A stretch of 64,000 nt of DNA from NCBI GenBank assembly GCA_963746465.1, contig CAVVAY010000004.1:43382-107381 (forward strand), given 5' to 3'. Positions within the stretch are counted from its first letter, which is position 1. The number at the start of each line of letters is the position of its first letter. The notes under the pieces are model-generated. The model saw only the letters and a list, made by a program, of their open reading frames with translations. It had not been told where the DNA came from and made no database searches. Positions 39,962 through 49,746 of this stretch are shown piece by piece. Both the position numbers and the translations under genes were made by a program. This DNA comes from an uncultured Actinomycetota bacterium. Lineage in GTDB: Bacteria > Actinomycetota > Actinomycetes > JACCUZ01.

Positions 39962-40705
39962 ATGATCGGCATGGTGCTGGCGGCTGGAGCCGGCCGGCGG
40001 CTGCGGCCCTACACGGACACCCTGCCGAAGGCTCTGGTGCCGGTCGACGGTGCGACGACGATCCTCGACATCGCGCTGCGCAACCTCGCGGCGGTCGGTC
40101 TGACCGACGTCGCGGTGGTCGTGGGCTACCGCGCCGAGGCCGTCGAGGAACGGCAGGCCGCCCTCGAGGAGCGGCACGGCGTCCGGCTCACCCTGGTGCA
40201 CAACGACAAGGCCGAGGAGTGGAACAACTGCTATTCGCTGTGGCTCGCGCGTGACCACTTCGCTGACGGCGCGCTGCTGGTGAACGGGGACACGGTGCAC
40301 CCGGTGGACGTCGAGCGCACCCTGCTCGCCGCCCGCGAGCAGGACGGTGCCGCCGGCATCCTGCTCGCGCTGGACGACCAGAAGTCGCTGGCCGAGGAGG
40401 AGATGAAGGTCGTGCTCGACGCGTCCGGCCGGATGAGCCGGATCACCAAGCTGATGGACCCGGCCGAGGCCGCAGGGGAGTACATCGGTGCGACGCTGAT
40501 CGAGGGCCGCGCGGCCGGTGCGCTGGCCGACGCCCTCAAGGCCACCTGGGAGCGCGACCCCGACCTCTACTACGAGGACGGCTACCAGACGCTGGTGGAC
40601 ACCGGCGGCGAGGTCGGAGTCGCGCCGATCGGGACGCTGCCGTGGGTCGAGGTCGACAACCACGACGACCTCGTCAAGGCTCGGGAGATCGCGTGCCACT
40701 ACTAG
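39962..40705 (+). CDS. sugar/alcohol-phosphate cytidylyltransferase (NTP_transf_3, LicC-like)
   Basis: 247 aa with the nucleotide-binding loop MVLAAGAGRRLRPYT..PKALV. Confidence 0.8.
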   Translation: MIGMVLAAGAGRRLRPYTDTLPKALVPVDGATTILDIALRNLAAVGLTDVAVVVGYRAEAVEERQAALEERHGVRLTLVHNDKAEEWNNCYSLWLARDHFADGALLVNGDTVHPVDVERTLLAAREQDGAAGILLALDDQKSLAEEEMKVVLDASGRMSRITKLMDPAEAAGEYIGATLIEGRAAGALADALKATWERDPDLYYEDGYQTLVDTGGEVGVAPIGTLPWVEVDNHDDLVKAREIACHY

Positions 40706-40710
40706 CCCGG

Positions 40711-41751
40711 ATGCTGCTCAGCCCGCTGTTCATCGACATCCGCGCGGGCGCGGTGACGGGGCTGGGCGACCTGCTGTCCGACCGGCGGATCTCCGCCGAC
40801 GGGCACGTCGCAGTGGCGGTCGGACCGGGGCAGGGCGAGAGCGTCGTCGAGGCGATCCGGCCGTCGCTGGCCAACGCTGACGTCTTCACCGTCCGCGGCG
40901 GCAGCCTGGAGGCCGCCGGCGAGCTGCAGACCGAGATCCGGGGCAAGAGCTACGACGCCCTGGTCGGCATCGGCGGCGGCCGGACGCTGGACGTCGCGAA
41001 GTACGCCGCCATGCGGCTCGGACTGCCGATGGTGGCTGTCGCGACCAACCTCGCGCACGACGGCATCGCCTCGCCGGTGAGCTCGTTGCTGCACGAGGGT
41101 GGCAAGGGGTCCTTCGGTGTCGTCCCACCGGTGGCAGTGGTCGTCGACCTCGACTACGTGCGCACCTCGCCGCCGCAGATGGTGCTGTCCGGGGTGGGTG
41201 ACCTGGTCAGCAACATCACCGCCTGCGAGGACTGGCGACTGGCGTCCCGCGAGCGAGGTGAGCCGGTCGACGGGCTGGCGGTGACGTTCGCCCGTACTGC
41301 CGCCGAGGCCGTGCTGCACCGCACCGACGGCATCGAGTCGGACGGGTTCCTCACCGCGCTGGCGGAGGGGCTCGTGCTCTCCGGCATGGCGATGACCGCC
41401 GCCGGCGACAGCCGCCCGAGCAGCGGCGCCGACCACGAGATCATGCACGCGGTGGACCAGCTCTTCCCGGGCACCGCCACCCACGGCGAGCTGGCCGGCG
41501 TGGGTGCCCTCTTCTCGGCGTACATCCGGAAGAACGAGCGGCTTGCCGAGCAGATCGACCGCTGCCTGAGCCGGCACGAGCTGCCGCGTGTTCCTGCCGA
41601 CCTCGGCCTGACGACCGCGCAGTTCGCCGAGGCCGTCGTGCTGGCACCGAGCACCCGCCCGGACCGGTACACCATCCTCGAGCACCTCGACCTCGACGAG
41701 ACAGCGGTGCGCGCGCGGGTCGACGCCTACATCGGCGCGTACGGCGGGTGA
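40711..41751 (+). CDS. iron-containing alcohol dehydrogenase family protein, glycerol-1-phosphate dehydrogenase-like
   Basis: 346 aa with GIGGGRTLDVAKY, ..NLAHDGIASP.. and GADHEIMHAV (putative metal ligands). Confidence 0.75.
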   Translation: MLLSPLFIDIRAGAVTGLGDLLSDRRISADGHVAVAVGPGQGESVVEAIRPSLANADVFTVRGGSLEAAGELQTEIRGKSYDALVGIGGGRTLDVAKYAAMRLGLPMVAVATNLAHDGIASPVSSLLHEGGKGSFGVVPPVAVVVDLDYVRTSPPQMVLSGVGDLVSNITACEDWRLASRERGEPVDGLAVTFARTAAEAVLHRTDGIESDGFLTALAEGLVLSGMAMTAAGDSRPSSGADHEIMHAVDQLFPGTATHGELAGVGALFSAYIRKNERLAEQIDRCLSRHELPRVPADLGLTTAQFAEAVVLAPSTRPDRYTILEHLDLDETAVRARVDAYIGAYGG

Positions 41752-41797
41752 CCGCACCCGCTGGCGTAACACCCCCGGTGGTAGCGTTCCGCAGTCC

Positions 41798-42634
41798 GTG
41801 AGCGTGCAGACCGGTGGGAGTGTCGTGGCTGGTCAGGTGGTGCCGGCGAGGCTCGGCACCCTGTGGAACAGCAGACGGATCCTGAGCCTGCTGGTGACCC
41901 GCGACCTCAAGGTCAAGTTCGCCGACTCGGTGCTGGGCTACGTCTGGTCGGTCCTCGACCCGCTGATGATGGCCGGCGTCTACTGGTTCGTCTTCACGGT
42001 CCTGATGGAGCGTCAGCTCGGCGAGGACCCGTACATCGTCTTCCTGCTCTGCGCGATGCTGCCCTGGCAGTGGACCAACGCCGTGCTGCGCACGTCGATG
42101 CGCGCGCTGTCCAAGGACTCCAAGCTGGTGCGCTCGACCAACCTGCCGCGCGAGATCTGGGTGCTGCGCACCGTCGGGTCGAAGTTCGCCGAGTTCGCCT
42201 TCGCGATCCCGGTGCTGATCTTCTTCGCCCTGGTGACCAGGGCGGACCCGTCCTGGCACGTGGTGTTCGTCCCGCTCGCGATGCTGATCCAGGCGGTGCT
42301 CCTGACCGGTGCCGGGTTGCTGCTCGCCCCCCTGGCCGTGCTGTACGGCGACGTCCAACGACTGATGCGCATCGTGATGAGGCTGCTCTTCTACTTCTCG
42401 CCGATCCTCTACGGGGTGCACGACGTCCAGGACCGGCTCGGCGGGGTCGCGGCCAAGCTGTACGTCCTCAACCCGCTCGCCGGGATCTTCGACCTCTACC
42501 GCACCTCCTTCTTCCCCGACCAGTGGGCCGGCTGGGGCGCGGTCGCGGTCTCCGCGGTGTTCTCGGTGGTGGTCTTCGTCCTCGGTGCCGTCGTGTTCCG
42601 GCGCCTCGAGGGCGCCGTCCTCAAGGAGATCTGA
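41798..42634 (+). CDS. ABC-2 type polymer exporter permease (TagG-like)
   Basis: 278 aa with six hydrophobic segments. Its N-terminus LVTRDLKVKFADSVLGYVWSVLDPL is typical of ABC-2/TagG permeases. Confidence 0.85.
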   Translation: MSVQTGGSVVAGQVVPARLGTLWNSRRILSLLVTRDLKVKFADSVLGYVWSVLDPLMMAGVYWFVFTVLMERQLGEDPYIVFLLCAMLPWQWTNAVLRTSMRALSKDSKLVRSTNLPREIWVLRTVGSKFAEFAFAIPVLIFFALVTRADPSWHVVFVPLAMLIQAVLLTGAGLLLAPLAVLYGDVQRLMRIVMRLLFYFSPILYGVHDVQDRLGGVAAKLYVLNPLAGIFDLYRTSFFPDQWAGWGAVAVSAVFSVVVFVLGAVVFRRLEGAVLKEI

Positions 42635-43405
42635 GTGACGGCGGTCATCGCTGCCGAGGGGCTCGGCATCTCTTTCATGCGCAACCGGCGTCGCGACAAG
42701 CGACTGCGCGACCTGCTCGCCGGCTCCAAGGCGCCGGACAAGGTGCCGGGCAAGAAGAAGCGCAAGGGCGAGTTCTGGGCGCTGCGCGACGTCTCGTTCG
42801 CGGTGAACGAGGGCGAAGCCGTCGGTCTGGTCGGCGGGAACGGGCAGGGCAAGAGCACGCTGCTCAAGCTCATCGCCGGTGTCCTGCTGCCCGACGAGGG
42901 GCGCATCGCGGTGCGCGGCGGGGTCGCCCCGCTGATCGAGGTGACCGGCGGCTTCGTCGGTGACCTGACTGCGCGCGACAACATCTGGCTGACGGCCGGG
43001 CTGCACGGCCTGAGCAAGCGCGAGATCGCGCAGCGGTTCGACGAGATCGTCGACTTCGCCGAGGTGGGCGACTTCCTGGACACGCCGTTCCGGCACTTCT
43101 CCTCGGGGATGAAGGTGCGGCTCGGGTTCTCGGTCATCACGACTCTCGACGAGCCCATCGTGCTCGTGGACGAGGTGCTGGCGGTCGGCGACCGGGCGTT
43201 CCGGGAGAAGTGCTACCAACGGATGAACGACATGCTCTCCGGCGGCCGCACGCTGTTCCTCGTCTCGCACAACGAGAGCGACCTGCGCCGGTTCTGCACC
43301 CGCGGGCTGTACCTGCGCGGCGGCTCTCTGGTCACCGACGGGGCGCTGGAGGACGCGTTGGCGGCCTACAGCGCCGACACGGACGAGCGGCGGAAGGCGC
43401 AGTGA
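42635..43405 (+). CDS. ABC exporter ATP-binding protein (TagH-like)
   Basis: Walker A GGNGQGKST, signature FSSGMKVRL and Walker B IVLVDE. The GTG start immediately follows the permease stop. Confidence 0.9.
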   Translation: MTAVIAAEGLGISFMRNRRRDKRLRDLLAGSKAPDKVPGKKKRKGEFWALRDVSFAVNEGEAVGLVGGNGQGKSTLLKLIAGVLLPDEGRIAVRGGVAPLIEVTGGFVGDLTARDNIWLTAGLHGLSKREIAQRFDEIVDFAEVGDFLDTPFRHFSSGMKVRLGFSVITTLDEPIVLVDEVLAVGDRAFREKCYQRMNDMLSGGRTLFLVSHNESDLRRFCTRGLYLRGGSLVTDGALEDALAAYSADTDERRKAQ

Positions 43406-45192
43406 CGGCGCCGGTCGTCGTGGATCCGGCCCCGCCGGACCTGGCGACCGGGCTCGAGGCGCTGGCGGCCGCCGCGCGGTCCGGTGGCGGCGAGCTGCTG
43501 CTCGTCGCCGCGGACCTCACGGTGCACCCGGAGGCGCTCGCCGACCTGGCCGAGGACCCGCGCCCGGCCACGGCCGTGCTCGTCAGCCGGGACCCGAGGG
43601 CAGCGCCCGGTCTCCGGGTACGGGCCGGCAGCGTCGTGGCGGCGGGCACTCCGGCGCACCGGGTGACCGATGCCGACACCGCCTTCGTGGGGGCGGTGCG
43701 ACTGTCCGGCGACGACCGGGCCGCGGCTGCCGGGCTCGCTGACGACCTCGCCGGGCTCGCCCGTCGCCATGGTTGGGCCGGCGACCCGCTGGACTACCTG
43801 GTCCTCGGCCTGGTCCGCACCGGCGTGCGGGTCGGGACGGTGCCGCTCGACCCCTGGCCGTGGCGGCGCGGGACGGCCGGCGTCGAAGCACCGACCCAGG
43901 CCGACCTGGACGCGCTGGACGAGCGCGCGGTGCACACAATCCGGTTCACCCGGGCCACCAAGTCCGACGACGGTTTCGTGGCCACCTTCCTCAGCCGTCC
44001 GTTGTCGCGCCTGCTGACTCCGTGGGCCCTGAGCCTCGGCCTGAGCCCCAACCAGGTCACGGCCGCCTCGGTCGTGATCGGTCTTGCCGCCGCCGCCCTG
44101 TTCGCGGTCGGCGGGCCGGCAGCTCTCGTCGCCGGCGCGCTGCTGCTCCAGCTGTCCCTCGTTGTCGACTGCGTCGACGGCGACGTCGCCCGGTACACCC
44201 GGCGGTTCAGCCCGCTCGGCGCCTGGCTGGACGCCTCGACCGACCGGCTCAAGGAGTTCGCCTGCTACGCCGGGCTCGCCTGGGGCGCCGGTTCCGGACG
44301 CACCGGGTGGCTGCTGGCCGCGGCGATGATCGCGCTGCAGACGAGCCGGCACAGCATCGACTACACCTTCACCGCCGTGAAGGACCTCCGCGAGGCCGAG
44401 GTCGTCCGCGCGTCGCTGGACGACGGCGACGATCCGGGTCGGCGCGGGGTCGGCGACGAGCGGGCGGCCCGCGCGATCGAGCTGAGCCGGAGGAGCAGCG
44501 CCGGCCGGCCGGCGGTGACCTGGCTGAAGAAGGTGCTGCACCTCGGCATCGCAGAGCGCTGGCTGGTCATCTCGGTGCTGGCGGCGGCGGGCCGGCCGGT
44601 CCTCGCCCTCGGCACGCTCCTGGTGCTCGGTGCCGGCTCCCTGCTCTACACCTCGGCCGGCCGGACGCTGCGGGCCAGGTCCTGGCCGCCGGAGCCGGTG
44701 ACCGACCGGGAACGCGAGATCGTCCGCGCCCAGGTGGACGGCGGTCCGCTGCTGCCGGAACGCATCGCGGCGGGGATCGCGGGCCTCCCCGGTGGGCGGC
44801 AGCGGTTTCTCTGGGTGCGCCCCGCACTGGTCCGGGCCGGGGAGTACGCCGGCCTGCTCGCGCTCACCGCGATGCTGCCCGGTGCGGCGCCGGGCGCCGC
44901 CACCTGTGCGCTGCTGCTCGTGGTCGCCTCGCACCACTACGACGACCTCTACCGGGTGCTGAACCGGCTGGCCCCGCCCGCAGCGACGGCCCGGGTGCTC
45001 GGTCTGGGCTGGCCCGGCCGGCTGCTCGTGGTGGCCGTGCTGTCGGTGCTCGGCGGCGCCGTGGGCACGGGGGGGCTGTGGGTCCTCGCTGCCGGGCTCG
45101 GCATGCTCTACCTGGGAACCGAGCCGGCGCGGGTGCTCCGCGAGGTGCGGTCCCGCGCCGACGTGCCGACCGGAGGAGCAGAAGGTGGCTGA
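43402..45192 (+). CDS. three-part membrane protein: degenerate nucleotidyltransferase-like N-domain, CDP-alcohol phosphatidyltransferase, C-terminal polytopic domain
   Basis: GTG 43402 overlaps the upstream stop (GTGA). The CDP-OH-P motif is DCVDGDVARYTRRFSPLGAWLDASTDR. Hydrophobic segments continue to the C-terminus. Confidence 0.8.
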   Translation: MTAPVVVDPAPPDLATGLEALAAAARSGGGELLLVAADLTVHPEALADLAEDPRPATAVLVSRDPRAAPGLRVRAGSVVAAGTPAHRVTDADTAFVGAVRLSGDDRAAAAGLADDLAGLARRHGWAGDPLDYLVLGLVRTGVRVGTVPLDPWPWRRGTAGVEAPTQADLDALDERAVHTIRFTRATKSDDGFVATFLSRPLSRLLTPWALSLGLSPNQVTAASVVIGLAAAALFAVGGPAALVAGALLLQLSLVVDCVDGDVARYTRRFSPLGAWLDASTDRLKEFACYAGLAWGAGSGRTGWLLAAAMIALQTSRHSIDYTFTAVKDLREAEVVRASLDDGDDPGRRGVGDERAARAIELSRRSSAGRPAVTWLKKVLHLGIAERWLVISVLAAAGRPVLALGTLLVLGAGSLLYTSAGRTLRARSWPPEPVTDREREIVRAQVDGGPLLPERIAAGIAGLPGGRQRFLWVRPALVRAGEYAGLLALTAMLPGAAPGAATCALLLVVASHHYDDLYRVLNRLAPPAATARVLGLGWPGRLLVVAVLSVLGGAVGTGGLWVLAAGLGMLYLGTEPARVLREVRSRADVPTGGAEGG

Positions 45193-45967
45193 CCGCCCGA
45201 CCATCGCCGAGCTGCGGGCCGTCACGCAGCCGGAATCGGTGATGGGACGACGCACCTCGGAGCACTGGACCGGTGACCTCTACATGAGGCGGCTGTCGCC
45301 GTACCTCACCCGGGTCCTGCTCGGCACCGCCATCACCGCCAACGGCGTCACCGTGCTGATGATCGTCACCGGCGTCGCAGCCGGAGCGGGCCTGCTGATC
45401 CCGGGTCTCGTCGGCGCCGTGCTCGCCGCGTTGCTCGCCCAGCTCCAGATGCTCTGGGACTGCTGTGACGGTGAGGTGGCCCGCTGGCGGCAGACGTTCT
45501 CACCGAGCGGCTTCTTCCTGGACAAGCTGGGCCACACCCTGGCCGAGACCGCGATCCCGCTGGCGCTGGGCATCCGCGCCGACGGCGGCGTGGACTCGAT
45601 GGGTGGGTGGACCACCCTGGGCGCGCTGCTCGCCGTGCTCGTTCTGGTGAACAAGTCGCTCAACGACGCGGTGCACATCGCCCGGGCGGTTAGCGGGCTC
45701 CCGAAGCTGGAGGATCGGGCCGAGGAGGCCGCGCCTCGGGTGTCGAGCGTCCGGCGGCTACGGTCGCTGGCCCGGTTCGTGCCGTTCCACCGGGCGTTCC
45801 ACTCCATCGAGCTCACCCTGCTCGCGCTGGTCGCGGGCGTCATCGACGCGGCGACCGGTGGCGGGCTCGAGGCCACCCGGCTGCTGGTGGCGATCCTCGT
45901 GCCGGCCGCCGCCCTGACCGTTCTCGGGCACCTGGCGGCGATCCTCACGTCCAGCAGGCTGCGATGA
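45185..45967 (+). CDS. CDP-alcohol phosphatidyltransferase family protein
   Basis: 260 aa with the motif DCCDGEVARWRQTFSPSGFFLDKLGH. It overlaps the upstream gene by 8 nt. Confidence 0.85.
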   Translation: MADRPTIAELRAVTQPESVMGRRTSEHWTGDLYMRRLSPYLTRVLLGTAITANGVTVLMIVTGVAAGAGLLIPGLVGAVLAALLAQLQMLWDCCDGEVARWRQTFSPSGFFLDKLGHTLAETAIPLALGIRADGGVDSMGGWTTLGALLAVLVLVNKSLNDAVHIARAVSGLPKLEDRAEEAAPRVSSVRRLRSLARFVPFHRAFHSIELTLLALVAGVIDAATGGGLEATRLLVAILVPAAALTVLGHLAAILTSSRLR

Positions 45968-46830
45968 CCCCGCCCACCGTCGGCGCGGTGGTGCTCAGCA
46001 TGGGCACCCGCCCCGACGAGCTCCCGCGCGCCCTCGCGTCGCTGCTGGCCCAGCGGGGCGTCGACCTCGACGTCGTCGTGGTGGGCAACGGCTGGGACCC
46101 CGTCGACCTGCCGGTCGGCGTGCGCACCGTGCACCTTCCCGAGAACGTGGGAATCCCGGAGGGTCGCAACGTCGGCGCCGCCGAGGCGCGGGGGGAGTAC
46201 CTCTTCTTCTACGACGACGACGCGTACCTGCCCAGCACCGACGTGGTCGCTCGGCTGGTCGACGTGCTGGTGGCAGACGACCGGGTCGGTGCCGTCCAGC
46301 CAAGACCGGTCGACCCGACCGGCAAGCCGGCACCGAAGCGGTGGGTACCGCGCCCGGGTGGGCGCGGCGCCCTGCAGCCCGGAGCCGTGGGCTGGTTCTG
46401 GGAGGGCACCTTCGTCGTACGCCGGCAGGTGTTCGAGCAGGCGGGAGGCTGGCCCGGTCACTTCTTCTACGGGCACGAGGGCATCGAGCTCGCCTGGCGC
46501 ATCTGGGACGCGGGCTATGTCACCTGGTACGCCCCGCAGGTCGTGATGAACCATCCGGCGACCTCTCCTACCCGGCATGAGACCTACTACCGGCTCAACG
46601 CCCGGAACCGGCTGTGGGTGGCCCGGCGGAACCTGCCCTGGCCGCTGGCCGTCGTCTACGTGGCGGTCTGGACCGCGCTGACCATCGTCAGGTTCCGTTC
46701 GCCGCGGCTGCTGAAGCTGTGGTTCGCCGGGTTCCGCGAAGGGCTGGGGCCGGGAGCCGGGGAGCGTCGACCGATGCGTTGGCGGACCGTCTGGCGCCTG
46801 ACCCGGGCCGGCAGGCCACCCGTCATCTGA
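45964..46830 (+). CDS. family 2 glycosyltransferase
   Basis: 288 aa with VGAVVLSMGTRPDEL and FFYDDDAY. ATG overlaps the upstream stop (ATGA). Confidence 0.85.
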   Translation: MTPPTVGAVVLSMGTRPDELPRALASLLAQRGVDLDVVVVGNGWDPVDLPVGVRTVHLPENVGIPEGRNVGAAEARGEYLFFYDDDAYLPSTDVVARLVDVLVADDRVGAVQPRPVDPTGKPAPKRWVPRPGGRGALQPGAVGWFWEGTFVVRRQVFEQAGGWPGHFFYGHEGIELAWRIWDAGYVTWYAPQVVMNHPATSPTRHETYYRLNARNRLWVARRNLPWPLAVVYVAVWTALTIVRFRSPRLLKLWFAGFREGLGPGAGERRPMRWRTVWRLTRAGRPPVI

Positions 46831-46899
46831 AAACATCGGGCGCCATAGACTCGGCGGCTGCTGCCGGCCGACGACGTATGAGAACGAGAGGGAGTCCGA

Positions 46900-49746
46900 G
46901 TGTCCCGACGGACCGCCTCCGGCCCGCCCGCCGAGCCTGACGTGTCGGTCGTGGTCATCGGGTACAACGACCGCAAGAACCTGCCGAAGGCGATCAGGTC
47001 GGTGCTCGACCAGAGCCTGCGCAACCTCGAGGTGCTGGTCGTCGACGACTGCTCGACGGACGACTCGGTCGCTGCGGCGGAGCAGATCGCCCGGCAGGAC
47101 CCTCGGGTCACGGTGATCCGCCTGCCGGAGAACAGTGGCGGCTGCAGCCGGCCTCGCAACGTCGGCATCGAGCGCGCACGGGCGCCGTACGTGATGTTCC
47201 TCGACAGCGACGACGTCTACGAGCGGCACGCCTGCAAGAACCTGCTGCTCGCGGCCGAGCGCACCGGAGCCGACGTCGTGGCCGGGAAGGTGGTGCGGGT
47301 CCACCTCGCCAAGAACCGGGAGTCGCCCTGGGCCAAGAAGCTGTTCACCGGCCGCGCGGTCTACCGCGGTGTCCGGGAGAACCCGCTGCTGTTCTTCGAC
47401 CCGCTGTCGACCAACAAGATCTACCGCCGGGACTTCCTGGACCGCAACGACATCCGGTTCCCGGAGGGAGTCCACTACGAGGACTCCCTCTTCTCGACGA
47501 AGGTCTACTGCCTGGCCGAGACCATCGCCGTGATCCCGAACCTCGTCTACTACTGGCGGGTGGTGGCCGACGCGGAGGAGGCCGAGGCCTCGATCACCCA
47601 GCGGCGCTTCGAGTTCGAGAACTTCCGGGACCGGGTCGCTGTGCACCGGATGATGGACGACTTCCTGCGCGAGCACGACTCGGCCGACCTCAAGGTGCAC
47701 AAGGACTTCAAGTTCATCCGGCACGACCTCAAGCTCTACCTCACCGACCTGCCGGAGCGCGACGACGAGTACCAGCGCAAGTTCATGGAGCTGGCCGCCG
47801 ACTACCTCGCCACGGTCAGCGACGAGACCCTGGCGATGGTCCTCCCGGTCGAGCGGGTGTGTGTGCACCTGATCCGCAAGCTCGACGTGGCGGGGACGCT
47901 CAGCACGGTCGACTACCTCCGGTTCGGCTTCAAGCTCTCGACCGACCTGGTCGAGCAAGACGGCCGGGTGTACTGGTCCGGGACGTACCTCGACACCCCG
48001 GAGGACCGGGCCGCGATGGACGTCACCGAGATGGGCTTCCACCGGCTGCCGTTCGAGCGACTCGCCCTGCACAACCTGATCACCGCCGTCAGCCTGCAGG
48101 GGTCGGTGCTGCAGATCGAGGGGCGGGTCGTGATCCCGCTGAGACGGATCCAGCCGGACGACGAGCTGGAGCTCTGCCTCGACGTGAGGTCACGGGGTGC
48201 CGGCGGCACCAGGAGGTCCCGGCCGGTGCGCGACTGGTCGATCGAGGCGGACCGGCTCCGCTACCGCGCCGACCTCGACCTCTCCGCCGCCCTCGGCGAG
48301 CTCGACCTGGACAACCCGGTCTGGGACCTCCGGATGGAGATCCGGCGCGGCGTCGAGGTGAACGTCTCGCCGATCGCCATCGACCCGACGAAGGTGACCG
48401 GCCAGCGCATCCCGGTCCGGGCCAGGATGGGCGGCGCAGCCATCGGGTACGTGGTGCCGTTCGTCACCACCCGGCTCAACCTGGCGTTCGAACAGGCGCC
48501 CGACACCCGGCTGTCCGCGTTGGGGGCCAGGGCCGACCTCCTGCGCAAGCGGGCCGGCCACTCGCTGCGGTGGCGATCGAGCAAGACCGTCGGCAACAAC
48601 GCCGCGCTGAAGGCTCTGGCATACAAGGTGTTCCGCCGGCTCCCGGTCAAGCGTGGACTTGCCGTGTTCGAGTCGCACATGGGCAAGCAGTACTCCGACA
48701 GCCCCCGATACATCTACGAGGCCGCGGTGGCCGCTGGCCTCGAGCGGCTCGGGCTCCACCCGGTGTGGTCCTACGCGCGTCGCACCGACGGGTTCCCCAC
48801 CGACGTCCGGCTGGTGCGCCGGGACAGCTGGCGCTACCACCTGGACCTCGCGAGGGCCGAGTTCTGGGTGGACAACCAGGGCTTCCCGCGTGGGTTCGCG
48901 CGACGCCGCGAGACGACGTACGTGCAGACCTGGCACGGAACGCCGTTGAAGCGGATGGGTTTCGACTCGCCGGCGCTGGAGCGGGCCGGGCTGGCCGTAC
49001 GGCGCCAGCAGCGGGCGATGGTCAAGCGGTGGAGCGCGCTGCTGGTGCCCAGCGAGTACTTCGTCGAGACGTTCGTGAAGTCCTACGGGTACCAGGGTCG
49101 GTTGGTCCGCAAGGGACTGCCGCGCAACGACCTGCTGGTCCGTGGCGCCGACGAGGCGTGGCTGCGGGCCAAGAAGCATGAGCTCGGCCTGCCCACCGAC
49201 CGCCGGCTGGTGCTCTACTGCCCGACGTTCCGCGACCGGGCCCGCCGGCTCCGCACGTCGTACGTGCTGCCGCTGGAGCTCGAGCCGATGCGCCGCGAGC
49301 TGGGGGAAGACTTCCACCTGCTGCTGCGCCCGCACTACCTCGACAACTACAAGCTCTCACCGCGGTTCGCGCCTTTCGCCACCGACGTCTCGCGGCACCA
49401 CGACGTCACCGAGCTCATGCTGCTCGCCGACGTGCTGGTCACCGACTACTCCTCGGTGATGTTCGACTTCGCGAACACCGGCAAGCCGATGGTGTTCTAC
49501 ACCTACGACTACGAGGACTACGTCCGCGACGAGCGCGGGACGTACTTCGACCTGCCGGACGTCGCGCCGGGCCCGATGGTGGCGACCCAGGACGAGCTGG
49601 TCCAGGCGCTGCGCACGGTCGACGACGACGTGGACCGCTACCAGGAGCGGTACGCCGCGTTCCGCGAGCGCTTCTGCACCTTCGAGACCGGCCACGCCGC
49701 TGGGGCCGTGGTCGAGGAGTTCTTCGCCCGGGGACCGTCGTCGTGA
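46900..49746 (+). CDS. bifunctional GT2 glycosyltransferase / CDP-glycerol glycerophosphotransferase (TagF-like)
   Basis: 948 aa. N-terminus VSVVVIGYNDRKNL..VVDDCSTDDS. The C-terminal TagF motifs are VQTWHGTPLKRMG and LVTDYSSVMFDF. Confidence 0.9.
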   Translation: MSRRTASGPPAEPDVSVVVIGYNDRKNLPKAIRSVLDQSLRNLEVLVVDDCSTDDSVAAAEQIARQDPRVTVIRLPENSGGCSRPRNVGIERARAPYVMFLDSDDVYERHACKNLLLAAERTGADVVAGKVVRVHLAKNRESPWAKKLFTGRAVYRGVRENPLLFFDPLSTNKIYRRDFLDRNDIRFPEGVHYEDSLFSTKVYCLAETIAVIPNLVYYWRVVADAEEAEASITQRRFEFENFRDRVAVHRMMDDFLREHDSADLKVHKDFKFIRHDLKLYLTDLPERDDEYQRKFMELAADYLATVSDETLAMVLPVERVCVHLIRKLDVAGTLSTVDYLRFGFKLSTDLVEQDGRVYWSGTYLDTPEDRAAMDVTEMGFHRLPFERLALHNLITAVSLQGSVLQIEGRVVIPLRRIQPDDELELCLDVRSRGAGGTRRSRPVRDWSIEADRLRYRADLDLSAALGELDLDNPVWDLRMEIRRGVEVNVSPIAIDPTKVTGQRIPVRARMGGAAIGYVVPFVTTRLNLAFEQAPDTRLSALGARADLLRKRAGHSLRWRSSKTVGNNAALKALAYKVFRRLPVKRGLAVFESHMGKQYSDSPRYIYEAAVAAGLERLGLHPVWSYARRTDGFPTDVRLVRRDSWRYHLDLARAEFWVDNQGFPRGFARRRETTYVQTWHGTPLKRMGFDSPALERAGLAVRRQQRAMVKRWSALLVPSEYFVETFVKSYGYQGRLVRKGLPRNDLLVRGADEAWLRAKKHELGLPTDRRLVLYCPTFRDRARRLRTSYVLPLELEPMRRELGEDFHLLLRPHYLDNYKLSPRFAPFATDVSRHHDVTELMLLADVLVTDYSSVMFDFANTGKPMVFYTYDYEDYVRDERGTYFDLPDVAPGPMVATQDELVQALRTVDDDVDRYQERYAAFRERFCTFETGHAAGAVVEEFFARGPSS

